The notes: generated by a model from the sequence alone, not told the origin. Numbered from the stretch's first letter, positions 20,398 to 30,316 are shown. The stretch is DNA of 51,601 bases from Campylobacteraceae bacterium (GCA_016744535.1 JADGEE010000007.1:1-51601); one strand, 5' to 3'. Translations and numbers: made by a program.

Positions 20398-21492
20398 TTA
20401 TATAAAATTAATATGCTTATTTGGATGTTTTAATTTCCATAAATATCTATTTACCTCATCCATTCTACAATTTACTCTACAATTTTTTATATCTAATTCA
20501 TTTTTAATATAATTATAAGATTTTTTTCTCTTATCACTTTCCCATATCTCTTCAAAACTATTTTCATAAATATTTCCATAACAAAACTTATCTTCTCCTA
20601 GATATGCACTACATCCAAATACATTTCCGTCAGTTGCAATATAAGCCCAAAAAAATGGAGTGGAATAACATTTATCGTAAGGTTGTTTTTTTTCAATATA
20701 TTTTTTCATTGTATTTGCTCTAAAAACTACATTAAAGTTTTCATCAGAAATCTCTTTTAACTCATCTTCTATATCTACCATTTTAGAGTAATCTATATTT
20801 TCATATTGAGTAGTTTCACTAAAAAGATGTTGTGAATATGGCTTTACAACCAAGTAATTAACTCCTAAGCTTTTACAAGATGATGCTAAAATTTTTGCTT
20901 CATCTTTATTCTCTGGAAGTAATAACATCTGTACACCTATTGTGCAATCTAAATTATTTGCTCTTTTATGCTCTATTGCATATTTTATATTGCTCATAAC
21001 TCTCTCAAAATCTTTCTCTTTTGTTTGATGAATTTGAGCATAAGTCTTAGCAGTTCCTGCGTTTAAACTAATTTTTATCCAAGAGCAATTCTCAACACAT
21101 CTTTCAATATTTTTCTTATTAAGAGGTACAAAATTAGTAGTAAGAGAGGTATCAATTCCTACACTCGTACAATGCTCTACTATTAAATCTAAATCTTTAA
21201 ATAGTAGCGGTTCACCCTCTCCTGCAAACATAACACTTTTAACACCTTTTTTTGCCATATTTGTAAGTGTATTTTTTAAAACTTCAAAATCTAATCCTAT
21301 GTTCTCATATCCCATATAGTCTAATGCACAAAAAGTACATCTATGGTTACAGCCTCCATAAGGGGAAATTTCCACATAAATTGGATATACACTCTTTAAT
21401 TTTTCCCACTCACTATTAGATTCATACCATCTTGAGACTCTTGTTGGATGATAAATTAACTTATGGCTATCAATAGCATACTTATCACTCAT
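20398..21492 (-). CDS. Radical SAM / SPASM-twitch domain protein, paralog of 16303..17415
   Basis: CNHRCTFC and GEGEPL; CYSTP..FGC..YGNI..CRVNC; ends HINFI. Confidence 0.88.
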   Translation of the reverse strand: MSDKYAIDSHKLIYHPTRVSRWYESNSEWEKLKSVYPIYVEISPYGGCNHRCTFCALDYMGYENIGLDFEVLKNTLTNMAKKGVKSVMFAGEGEPLLFKDLDLIVEHCTSVGIDTSLTTNFVPLNKKNIERCVENCSWIKISLNAGTAKTYAQIHQTKEKDFERVMSNIKYAIEHKRANNLDCTIGVQMLLLPENKDEAKILASSCKSLGVNYLVVKPYSQHLFSETTQYENIDYSKMVDIEDELKEISDENFNVVFRANTMKKYIEKKQPYDKCYSTPFFWAYIATDGNVFGCSAYLGEDKFCYGNIYENSFEEIWESDKRKKSYNYIKNELDIKNCRVNCRMDEVNRYLWKLKHPNKHINFI

Positions 21493-22066
21493 TTATAGTA
21501 CCTTTATGGATATAATATGAGTATATAATATGGTCAAGTATCATATGAACATCTTCAACTAAACCATACTCACCTTTTGGTGCATCTACATGAAAGTTTA
21601 TATTACTTAAAGATTTTAACTCTCCACCATCAAAACCGGTCACACCAATAATATTTGTGCCTATCTCTTTAGCATATTGAACAGCTTTTATAATGTTTGG
21701 TGAGTTTCCGCTACAAGATATAGCTATAATTATATCTTTTGGTTTTAATATATTTTTAAGTTGCATATAAAAAATATTTTCATATCCAATATCATTAGCA
21801 ATTGCTGAAGTTACAGCTGAATTATCTCCCAAAGAGATAATATCAATATCTCTTATATCTCTTCTTTTTAAGCCTATACCTAAATCATTTGCCATATGTG
21901 AAGCAGTTGCAGAACTTCCTCCATTGCCTATTACATAAACTTTAGAGTTATTTTTTATAGTTTTTTCAATACTAATTTGAATATCTTTTATTGCATCTAA
22001 ATCTATTTGAGTTAATAATTCTTTTAATCTATTTATATAATTAATTGTAAATTCTTTAATTTCCAT
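21485..22066 (-). CDS. gmhA: Phosphoheptose isomerase-like SIS protein
   Basis: GNGGS, AIANDIGY, ISCSGNSPN and EDVH. Confidence 0.82.
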   Translation of the reverse strand: MEIKEFTINYINRLKELLTQIDLDAIKDIQISIEKTIKNNSKVYVIGNGGSSATASHMANDLGIGLKRRDIRDIDIISLGDNSAVTSAIANDIGYENIFYMQLKNILKPKDIIIAISCSGNSPNIIKAVQYAKEIGTNIIGVTGFDGGELKSLSNINFHVDAPKGEYGLVEDVHMILDHIIYSYYIHKGTINE

Positions 22067-22067
22067 T

Positions 22068-22580
22068 TTATAACCCTTTTCCTTTTAACTTAGAAATAGA
22101 TATAGTTTCATTTTCATCTAAAAGTATATTTTTACCTATTTTAGCTTTTTGACCTGCTAAAATATCTCTTTTTTTATCTCCTATTAAAATTGATTTCTCT
22201 AAATTTATATTAAACTCTTTTTTAGCTTTTAAAATCATACCCGCTTTTGGCTTTCTACATTCGCACTCTATTTTATACTTTTCTTTAGCATTAGTTGGAT
22301 GATGTGGACAATAATAAACCTTTTCTATTCTAACATTTTTATTTTTAAACTCTTCTATCATCCATTTTGTCAATTTTAAAAAATCATCTTCACTATAATA
22401 ACCTCTTCCTATTCCAGATTGATTAGTTATTACAAATATCATAAATCCTTTATCTTGGAAAAATTTACAAACTTCAAATATACCTTCTATAAATTCAAAA
22501 TCATCTATTTTATAAAGATAATTTTTATCTTTATTTATTACTCCATCTCTATCTAAAAAAAGAGCTTTAGAAAGTTTCAA
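22068..22580 (-). CDS. gmhB: Heptose 1,7-bisphosphate phosphatase (HAD IIIA)
   Basis: FLDRDGVIN, TNQSGIGRG, CPHHP..CECRKP and IGDK..D. Confidence 0.9.
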   Translation of the reverse strand: MKLSKALFLDRDGVINKDKNYLYKIDDFEFIEGIFEVCKFFQDKGFMIFVITNQSGIGRGYYSEDDFLKLTKWMIEEFKNKNVRIEKVYYCPHHPTNAKEKYKIECECRKPKAGMILKAKKEFNINLEKSILIGDKKRDILAGQKAKIGKNILLDENETISISKLKGKGL

Positions 22581-23623
22581 AATTCTCTTTTTTTTAATAA
22601 AATATGCACTTCTGATGAAGTTTCACTCTTATCTAATTGAAGTTGTAATCCGTCAATTAAAGGTAAAAATTTTTTATCAAATCCATCTAATGCCGTTAAT
22701 GGTTGAGAGTTTTTCTCCATCATAACTCTTAAACTTCTATATAAATCGTGAATATCTGAGCTAAACCACCATTCTGATTTTATTTCAAAATTATATCTAT
22801 TTACTAAATAATTTATAGATTCTTTTGTATATAAATGTGTATGTCCACTATATAAAATTCTCTCAAAAACATCAGGAAAAGCCAATTGAAAATATGTAGT
22901 TAAATTAAATAGTGGCACAGCTAAATAGAAATATTTTATATTTTTATTATTATTTATAGCTTGAAAAAATATACTTGGAGATTGTAAATGCTCTAGAACC
23001 ATAATAGCTGATAAAACATCAACTTTTGCACTCTTTATATAATCTATTATCTCATTTAAACCAACCTCTTTTAATTTATTGGTTTTTAATATCTCATTTC
23101 CCATTTCAACTTGTGACTTAGATACCTCAATTCCTTCTATTTTATCTATATTAAACTCTTTATTCATTGCATACACAAGATGTCCAACACCTGTACCTAC
23201 ATCTAAATATGATAAATTAGAGGGATCAATATTATCCTCTTTTAGTGATTTAAATAAAAAATCAACTTTAGGTACATAAACATTTTTTACTTTATTTAAA
23301 TAATTTTCTACATCTACTCTTTGATATTCTCTTCTATAATCATCTGGATTCTCTTTTGTATAGTTAAATTCTAAAAACTCATTAGTATCTTCAAATTGAC
23401 CATTTAAATGTCCACAAGTTTTACATTGATAATAATTAATGCTTTTTCTAATTAAAGAGACTTCTATTAAGTTACTAGAACATATTTTACAATTTAATCT
23501 TTTAGGTTGTAACTTATAAAAATCTATAGATTTTTTCTCTTCTGATACTAATTTATCATTTTGTTCTGAAAAATAACTCTTAGTAGATATTACATCTTTT
23601 ATACTTTTACCATATTTTTTCAT
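22577..23623 (-). CDS. Class I SAM-dependent methyltransferase with N-terminal CxxC/CxxC zinc-binding motif
   Basis: CKIC..CKTC, YLDVGTGVG and VLEH. Confidence 0.8.
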   Translation of the reverse strand: MKKYGKSIKDVISTKSYFSEQNDKLVSEEKKSIDFYKLQPKRLNCKICSSNLIEVSLIRKSINYYQCKTCGHLNGQFEDTNEFLEFNYTKENPDDYRREYQRVDVENYLNKVKNVYVPKVDFLFKSLKEDNIDPSNLSYLDVGTGVGHLVYAMNKEFNIDKIEGIEVSKSQVEMGNEILKTNKLKEVGLNEIIDYIKSAKVDVLSAIMVLEHLQSPSIFFQAINNNKNIKYFYLAVPLFNLTTYFQLAFPDVFERILYSGHTHLYTKESINYLVNRYNFEIKSEWWFSSDIHDLYRSLRVMMEKNSQPLTALDGFDKKFLPLIDGLQLQLDKSETSSEVHILLKKREF

Positions 23624-23640
23624 AAATTTATACCTTAAGT

Positions 23641-24720
23641 TTATTTATCAAATATATATCTATTTTCACCAACACCATATTTCCATATAATATCATCTCT
23701 ATTCTTCATATTATAAATATTCTCTACTCTATCAAAATCAACACCTCTAGTTAATCTTTTAATATTTTTAAATCCAATATTACTTAAAATCTCTTCTAAC
23801 TCCTTTGGAGTAAGCCTTGTATTAATAGGAACCATAATATGGTCAAGTATATAAAAAATTCTATTCTCAGGAACACCAAACATTTTAAATAAATCTCTTG
23901 CATATTGATGATTAACAGGCTTCATCACAAGTCTTAATAACTCTACAACATCCCAGTGTACTCCACCTGGTTTTTCCATTAAATATAAAAATCCCTGTGC
24001 ACCACTTTTCATAATTCTAAAAATTTCTCTCAAACCTTCTTGAATAGATACAGTGTGATGTAAAACACCATTTGAAAAAACAAAATCAAATTTACCATCT
24101 TCGAAAGGTAATTTTAAAACATCTCCTTGTTTATATTCAACATTTTCAATATTTTTTAAATCTTTTCTATAATTAGCTGTCTTGAGATTAATTACACTCC
24201 AATCGATTCCATAAACCTTTTTAAAACCCATCTTTTTTAAAGCAAGAGTATATCTTCCTCCACCACAACCGTCATCTAAAGCTACTTTATTTTCAATATT
24301 ATCTATAACAATACTATTTCTATTAAATCTTGTTTTTAATAACTCAAAAGCCTCTTCATAGTAATGGTATTCACTAAAATTTTCAAAAAGTTTTCCATAG
24401 TGCTCTTTTGTTATTTCATCAAAAGCACTCTTCTCTTTTGATAGAGATTTAAAATCTATTTTATCTTTATATATCTCTAAGTTATTAGCTAATATTTTTG
24501 CTACTTCAATTTCAGATAGTAAAATTTTACTTATTTCTGAAACAGAGAACTCTTTCGTTTGTAATTTTTCTATTTTATGAAATAAATCATAAGTTATATA
24601 AGTTCTTATAAAAAAGCTATCCTCTTCTTCACTTAAATTTGAAAAAAAATCAACAAACTTTTTTGCCTCTTTTGAGTATGGAGAACCATTTGTTAAACAA
24701 TCTATATCTGCTGTAAACAA
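23641..24720 (-). CDS. Class I SAM-dependent methyltransferase
   Basis: LDDGCGGG, GID and LPFEDGKFDFVFSNGVLHH; TTG start. Confidence 0.88.
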   Translation of the reverse strand: MFTADIDCLTNGSPYSKEAKKFVDFFSNLSEEEDSFFIRTYITYDLFHKIEKLQTKEFSVSEISKILLSEIEVAKILANNLEIYKDKIDFKSLSKEKSAFDEITKEHYGKLFENFSEYHYYEEAFELLKTRFNRNSIVIDNIENKVALDDGCGGGRYTLALKKMGFKKVYGIDWSVINLKTANYRKDLKNIENVEYKQGDVLKLPFEDGKFDFVFSNGVLHHTVSIQEGLREIFRIMKSGAQGFLYLMEKPGGVHWDVVELLRLVMKPVNHQYARDLFKMFGVPENRIFYILDHIMVPINTRLTPKELEEILSNIGFKNIKRLTRGVDFDRVENIYNMKNRDDIIWKYGVGENRYIFDK

Positions 24721-24722
24721 CT

Positions 24723-25424
24723 CTAAACTCCTTTTTGTTTTTTATTTAAAATATCTTTAGCTCTATTAAAATCTTCAATTGTGTCTATATTTACACTTTT
24801 ATTTTTTGGCATTACAAAAGGGAGAGTCTTTTTTAGCATTAATGATTTATTTTTTAAAAATAAGCTAGTTTTTATCATATAAATTGCTCCATTTGCTAAA
24901 TAAGCCTTGGGTAAATCTTGTCTTCTAGTAAAAGGATATTTATCATCAAATGCACCTTGTAAATATCCATCTTTATTTACTATATAAGATTTTAACACTT
25001 CAATATCAGGCTCTACTACTGAAATTAAAGCATCTACATCTTTATTAATAAATGATTTAATTGCACCATCAATATCTATACTATCTCTAAGTGGTGAAGT
25101 TGGCTGTAAAATTATAACTATATCAAATTCTCTTTTTTGAGATAATAATTCATTTATAGTGTGAATAATAACAGGCATAGTTGATGCTGTATCACTTGCT
25201 AACTCTTCTGGTCTATTTATAATTTCAGCTCCAAAACTTTTTGAAACTTGAAGAATTTCCTTATCTTCACTAGAAACAATAGTTGTATCAATAAAAGATG
25301 AATTAATTGAAGATTCAATTGTGTAAGCTATTAATGGTTTACCATTTAAATTTTTAATATTTTTTCTCTTAACACCTTTTGAGCCACCTCTTGCAGGGAT
25401 TATTGCTAAAATTTTACTTTTCAT
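24723..25424 (-). CDS. neuA: Acylneuraminate cytidylyltransferase (CMP-nonulosonate synthetase)
   Basis: IIPARGGSKG..KN, LQPTSPLR, RRQDLP and NGAIY. Confidence 0.9.
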   Translation of the reverse strand: MKSKILAIIPARGGSKGVKRKNIKNLNGKPLIAYTIESSINSSFIDTTIVSSEDKEILQVSKSFGAEIINRPEELASDTASTMPVIIHTINELLSQKREFDIVIILQPTSPLRDSIDIDGAIKSFINKDVDALISVVEPDIEVLKSYIVNKDGYLQGAFDDKYPFTRRQDLPKAYLANGAIYMIKTSLFLKNKSLMLKKTLPFVMPKNKSVNIDTIEDFNRAKDILNKKQKGV

Positions 25425-26874
25425 AACTACTCAATTCAATATCCAATATTTTTTCTAATCCAATGGCAATACTTTTTTCAAACTCATCATATAAAGGAAA
25501 ACCTCTTTGGTAAAAAAATTTCACCATTTTATCTTGTTCTTGATTCTTTTCAATATCAAGGATTTCAAAATCTAAAAAATATTTTATTTCATTAAACATA
25601 GTTAAAATATTCTCTAATGACCTTATTAATTTAGAATCTGTATATATATAATCTTTTGTTAATAAAAAATATTTTTTACCAAAAGCTACAGCTTCAAAAA
25701 GAGTTGTTCCTCCAAACCCAATAATTAACTCTGACTTTTTAATTAAATCTTTTCCACTAAAACTACTAGTTAATAAAATAACATTATTTAATGAATTTAT
25801 CTTTTTATAAAATGATAAACCTCTCATTCCATATCCCATTGGATGCTCTTTTACAATTAAAGTATATCCTAAAGGAAGTGATTTAGAGATATTAAAAATT
25901 ACTTCTAATTGATTCATAAAATATGGAGCTCTTGACGAGGTTGATGCTTCTGGTTGAATTTGAAGAGGAAAATATATTATTTTTAAATTTTCCTCTATAT
26001 TATTAGCTTCAATAAAGCCTTTAGCACAAGTTAAAATTAGTTTATTATAAGCTCTCGTAAGGTTTGCTAAAATTTTATTATATATTGAAGGCTTATCTAT
26101 GTTCATAAATTTTTTTATCTTTTTATTTCTACTCTCATATCCAAACAACATAAATTTTAATTTCTCTCCATCAAAAATATTAGGAGAAATTATTCCAAAT
26201 AGACCTTTTTTCACATCTTTTCTCTTTTTTGTATACTCTTTAAAATGAGTTTTATTATCATAATTTTTTATATGTTCTTTTTTTTTCTCTTCTACATTAG
26301 AATCTTTTTTCGTAATATAATTTTTAACAGGTGTACATCTTATACCCTCATTTATATAACAAGTTTTATTATCAACTATCCAGTGTGGATGAAAAGATAA
26401 ACACTCTTTATTAAAGTGTTCAGAAAGCAAATAAGTTAGAGTAGAGATAAAATTATCTGCATAACCACCAAATATTATTTTTGAATTTAAAAAATATTGT
26501 TCTAAAAATAGAGTATAACTTTTGATTAAAAATTCTATCTCTTTATAAGAAAAATTTTTATTACCCAAAGTTTTTTCAATTCCAAAGTAGTAATTTGAAA
26601 TATTTCTCTCTGCTATAACAGCTCTCATAAAATTTACATTTTTATATCTATTTTGTAATTCATTCACGGAGTAATTATTTATATAATCAAAATTATTTTC
26701 GATAAATTCTTCATAAGAGATAGAGTTTTTAATATTAGTTTTTCTATAACTCAATATTTTATATTTTATATCTTTATCTAAATTTTCAGCTACTTCATTT
26801 AATACACTATTTAATGAATCAGAATAGTTTGATACAAATAATATGTCAATCTCTTCATTATTTTGTTTCTTCAT
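25414..26874 (-). CDS. Capsule-synthesis-family protein (KpsS/LipB-like GT-B fold; possible ulosonic acid transferase)
   Basis: YFPLQIQPEAS, LIVKEHP and GTTLFEA..GK motifs; first gene of the locus, coupled to neuA. Confidence 0.6.
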   Translation of the reverse strand: MKKQNNEEIDILFVSNYSDSLNSVLNEVAENLDKDIKYKILSYRKTNIKNSISYEEFIENNFDYINNYSVNELQNRYKNVNFMRAVIAERNISNYYFGIEKTLGNKNFSYKEIEFLIKSYTLFLEQYFLNSKIIFGGYADNFISTLTYLLSEHFNKECLSFHPHWIVDNKTCYINEGIRCTPVKNYITKKDSNVEEKKKEHIKNYDNKTHFKEYTKKRKDVKKGLFGIISPNIFDGEKLKFMLFGYESRNKKIKKFMNIDKPSIYNKILANLTRAYNKLILTCAKGFIEANNIEENLKIIYFPLQIQPEASTSSRAPYFMNQLEVIFNISKSLPLGYTLIVKEHPMGYGMRGLSFYKKINSLNNVILLTSSFSGKDLIKKSELIIGFGGTTLFEAVAFGKKYFLLTKDYIYTDSKLIRSLENILTMFNEIKYFLDFEILDIEKNQEQDKMVKFFYQRGFPLYDEFEKSIAIGLEKILDIELSSYEK

Positions 26875-26913
26875 ATTTATATTCCCTCTGTTCTTAAATC
26901 TTCTGTATTAGAA

Positions 26914-26922
26914 ATTATATCA
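26914..26922 (-). promoter_or_regulatory. Extended -10 promoter (TGATATAAT) for the glycan locus
   Basis: ATTATATCA on + strand, 40 bp upstream of the 26874 start, with a GAGGGA RBS in between. Confidence 0.6.
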
Positions 26923-27398
26923 TTGCTTTATGAAATCAAATCTATTTTCACAATAATTAAAAAATTTTTGATAGATATTTAATAAAGTATAACTAACTTC
27001 ATAAATTAAATTAATACTATCAACGATTTCATCTATATTAAACGAGTACTCGTGTGCTATCTCGTTTCTATTTTTTCTAAGTTCCATCCATTTATCTTTA
27101 GATAAAAATTCTAATCTCTCTAATCTATTTAAAATATCAATAAATGGCTTGTTTTTAAAATTTTCACCTAAATTTAATAATAATACTATAAAAGTTTTTC
27201 TCTCATTGTGTCTTGTAATTTTGAAAATCTAAAGATAAGTTGGTCTATAAAGCTAATATACTCTTCACTTAAATTAGAATATTTATTTTGATTTAAAGGT
27301 ATAATAGGTTTTAATTTTTTTCTAACAAAAGTCACTCTTTTTTTATGTTGATTACACTCATATAATAACTCTTTTAATCTATTTTCAATTTGCTTCAT
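26920..27398 (-). pseudogene. HEPN-domain toxin / nucleotidyltransferase substrate-binding protein, frameshifted
   Basis: Frame 1 ends ...FRFSKLQDTMREKLL*. Restoring one T in CTTTTATAG (~27190) continues FIVLLLNLGENFKNKPFIDILNRLERL...WMELRKNRNEIAHEY (Rx4H) to TGA at 26920. Confidence 0.82.
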
Positions 27399-27686
27399 AA
27401 TTCTATTCCATTTTTTACAGCTTCTTGCTCTATTAACCTGCCTTTATCTTTAGATATAATTACATCAATCTTTTGTTCTCCAATTTTAAATTCTAAATCT
27501 ACTAAAAATTTTATTTTTTGCTTATAAAGGTTCTCTTTTTTTAATGTTTCTATTATACAAGTCAATATCTCCACCTCTTTTTGTATCATCTACACGACTT
27601 CCAAAAAGAGTGATTTTTACACTTTCGCCAAAATTTTTTTTTGCAACTTCCTTTATAGATTTAATTTCAAAATCACTCAACCTCAT
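27395..27686 (-). pseudogene. Minimal nucleotidyltransferase (MNT) antitoxin, frameshifted
   Basis: ATG 27686 gives MRLSDFEIKSIK...LFGSRVDDTKRGGDIDLY. One extra A near 27554 shifts the frame; the other frame continues IETLKKENL...IGEQKIDVII...GIEL*. Confidence 0.85.
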
Positions 27687-27777
27687 AAAATTTATCTCAC
27701 TTTACTTTTTTCATAACTGCATTATACAATTATTTTAGATAAAATAGTAAAAAAATATTTATAATAAGGAGTAATCA

Positions 27778-28083
27778 TTGAGTAGAGATATAGACTTAAG
27801 AGAAGAATATGAAACAAAACTTGATATTGATACTCCAAAAATGTATAAAGTTATTTTATTAAATGATGACTACACTATTATGGATTTTGTAGTTGAGATT
27901 TTAATGAAAATTTTCCATAAACAATATGAAGAGGCAGTTGATATTATGATTACTATTCACAAAGTTGGAAAAGCATTATGTGGAGTTTATCCCTATGATA
28001 TTGCAGAAGCAAAAATTATACAAGTTAAAAAATTAGCAAGAAAAAATGGCTTTCCATTGAGAGCTATTATGGAGGAGGAGTAA
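27778..28083 (+). CDS. clpS: ATP-dependent Clp protease adaptor
   Basis: YKVILLNDDYT.MDFVV, IHK.GKA.CGVY and FPLRA.ME; RBS AAGGAG; upstream of clpA. Confidence 0.95.
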   Translation: MSRDIDLREEYETKLDIDTPKMYKVILLNDDYTIMDFVVEILMKIFHKQYEEAVDIMITIHKVGKALCGVYPYDIAEAKIIQVKKLARKNGFPLRAIMEEE

Positions 28084-30314
28084 TGGTAAGTAGAGAATTA
28101 AGTGTAATTTTAAAAAATGCCTTAAAATTTGCAAAAGATAAAAGACACGAATATTTAACAACAGAGCATCTATTTTTAGCACTTTTATCAAATAGGGATA
28201 TAAAAGATATTTTAAAGAGTTCTAATGTAGATATAGATATTATAAAACTTAAAATTTTTAATTATTTAAATCAAAATATTCGAATAATACCCTCTGAAGA
28301 GAAATATGAACCCTATGAGACGCCAACTCTTACAAGAGTAATGAGTGCTATGGTAAAACAAGTCCAGAGTGCTGATAAGAAAAAAGCTAATGTAGGTGAT
28401 TTATTAGTTGCTATCTTTAGTGAAAATAGATCATTTACCTCTAATATTCTTAAACGATTCGGTTTAAAAAGAGTTGATATATTAGAGGCAATTACAAGTT
28501 TAGAGAATATTGATGAAAAAAATAGTGATAAGAGTAATAAAAAAGAGAAAGAGAGTTATTTAGAAAAATACACTATTAACTTATCAGAATTAGCAAAAGA
28601 TAGTAAAATTGACCCAGTAATTGGAAGAGTTAGTGAAATCAATAGAGTCGTTCAAACACTTTGTAGAAGAAAAAAAAACAATCCAATATTAATTGGTGAA
28701 GCAGGAGTTGGTAAGACGGCAATTGCAGAGGGATTAGCTATAAAATTAGCTGATAATGATATTCCAACTATTTTAAAAAATTCAATTTTATTCTCACTTG
28801 ATATGGGTGCACTTTTAGCAGGAACAAAATATAGAGGCGATTTTGAAAAGAGAATAAAAGGTGTTTTAGATGAAATTGATGAAATAGGAAATGTAATTTT
28901 ATTTATTGATGAGATTCATACAATTGTCGGAGCTGGAGCTACAAATGGTGGAAGTATGGACGCATCAAACTTACTTAAACCAGCCCTTGCAAGTGGAAAA
29001 ATAAAATGTATCGGTGCTACTACCTATTTAGAGTTTAAAAACTTTTTTGAAAAAGATAAAGCATTAACTAGAAGATTTTCTAAAATAGATGTAGATGAAC
29101 CGTCACTTGAAGATAGTTTTAAAATTTTAAAAGGTTTAAAGAGTAGATACGAAACACACCACGGCATAAAATATCAAGATAATGCTTTATATTCAGCAAT
29201 TGAGTTGAGTAATAAATATATAAATGATAGATTTTTACCTGATAAAGCAATTGATATTATCGATGAAGTAGGTGCTAGTTTTCATATACTAAAAAGAAAA
29301 CGCAAAATAGCCACTGTTAGCGATATTGAAAATATGGTAGCAAAAATTGCAAATATTCCATCAAAAAGAGTCTCTCAAGATGATAAAGATATTTTATTTA
29401 ATTTAGAAAATAATTTAAAATCAAAAATATTTGGACAAGATGAAGCTATAACAAATTTAGTAAATTCAATTAAACTCTCTCGTGCTGGACTTAGAGAAGC
29501 AGATAAACCTGTTGGCTCATTTTTATTTACTGGTCCCACTGGAGTTGGTAAGACTGAAGTTGCCAAAGAGTTAGCAGATGAGTTAGGAATATATTTTGCT
29601 AGATTTGATATGAGTGAATATATGGAGAAACATAGTGTTTCAAAATTAATTGGAGCACCTGCTGGTTATGTTGGCTTTGAAGGTGGTGGACAACTTAGTG
29701 AAATAATCAAAAAACACCCTTACTCTATTTTACTTTTAGACGAAGTTGAAAAAGCTAATGTGGATGTTTTAAATATACTACTTCAAATAATGGATAGTGC
29801 CTCAATGACAGATAATAGTGGAGCTAAAATTAATTTTAAAAATGTGATTATTATTATGACTTCAAATATAGGAGCTAGTGAAGCCCCAGTAATGGGATTT
29901 CAAAAAGATGAAAATAGAAAACAAGAGAGTGCAGTTAAAAATCACTTTTCACCTGAATTTAGAAATAGATTGGATAAAATAATTAACTTTAAATCTTTAG
30001 AGAGTGTTCAAGTTGTTCATATTGTGGATAAATTTATAGCTGAACTTGAAAATAATTTAAGTGATAAAGGTATAAAAATAAATTTAAATAAAAGGGCAAA
30101 AGAGTATTTAGCTAATTTAGGATACGATAAAGACTTAGGGGCTAGACCACTGGCTAGAGTAATTCAAGAGGAGTTAAAAGCTAAATTGACAGATGAGATT
30201 TTGTTTGGTGGACTTCAAAATGGAGGAGAAGTAAAAGTGACTCTAAAAAACTCTAAATTAAATTTTATAATACAGAATAAAAAAACAGTTAAAAAAGAGC
30301 CAGAGAGGGTCTGA
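28083..30314 (+). CDS. clpA: ATP-dependent Clp protease ATP-binding subunit
   Basis: Clp N domain, two AAA+ modules (GEAGVGKT, GPTGVGKT) and MGF loop. Confidence 0.95.
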   Translation: MVSRELSVILKNALKFAKDKRHEYLTTEHLFLALLSNRDIKDILKSSNVDIDIIKLKIFNYLNQNIRIIPSEEKYEPYETPTLTRVMSAMVKQVQSADKKKANVGDLLVAIFSENRSFTSNILKRFGLKRVDILEAITSLENIDEKNSDKSNKKEKESYLEKYTINLSELAKDSKIDPVIGRVSEINRVVQTLCRRKKNNPILIGEAGVGKTAIAEGLAIKLADNDIPTILKNSILFSLDMGALLAGTKYRGDFEKRIKGVLDEIDEIGNVILFIDEIHTIVGAGATNGGSMDASNLLKPALASGKIKCIGATTYLEFKNFFEKDKALTRRFSKIDVDEPSLEDSFKILKGLKSRYETHHGIKYQDNALYSAIELSNKYINDRFLPDKAIDIIDEVGASFHILKRKRKIATVSDIENMVAKIANIPSKRVSQDDKDILFNLENNLKSKIFGQDEAITNLVNSIKLSRAGLREADKPVGSFLFTGPTGVGKTEVAKELADELGIYFARFDMSEYMEKHSVSKLIGAPAGYVGFEGGGQLSEIIKKHPYSILLLDEVEKANVDVLNILLQIMDSASMTDNSGAKINFKNVIIIMTSNIGASEAPVMGFQKDENRKQESAVKNHFSPEFRNRLDKIINFKSLESVQVVHIVDKFIAELENNLSDKGIKINLNKRAKEYLANLGYDKDLGARPLARVIQEELKAKLTDEILFGGLQNGGEVKVTLKNSKLNFIIQNKKTVKKEPERV

Positions 30315-30316
30315 TT

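Noticed and set aside
16303-21492. RiPP interpretation of the SPASM radical SAM pair
   Set aside because: No precursor peptide, RRE domain, peptidase or exporter is visible; intergenic gaps are minimal and the context is sugar biosynthesis.
1-26874. Poly-G/C phase-variation tracts typical of Campylobacter glycan loci
   Set aside because: The longest G run noticed is 5 (13426-13430); A/T runs are expected at this composition.
1-26874. Calling the locus a flagellin glycosylation island
   Set aside because: No Maf-type transferase was recognised, the flagellin is 15 kb away, and MBOAT/SGNH pairs imply an exported polymer. The target remains undetermined.
27395-27589. 64-aa ORF as an independent gene
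   Set aside because: It is the post-frameshift half of the MNT pseudogene; its N-terminal residues are out-of-frame sequence.
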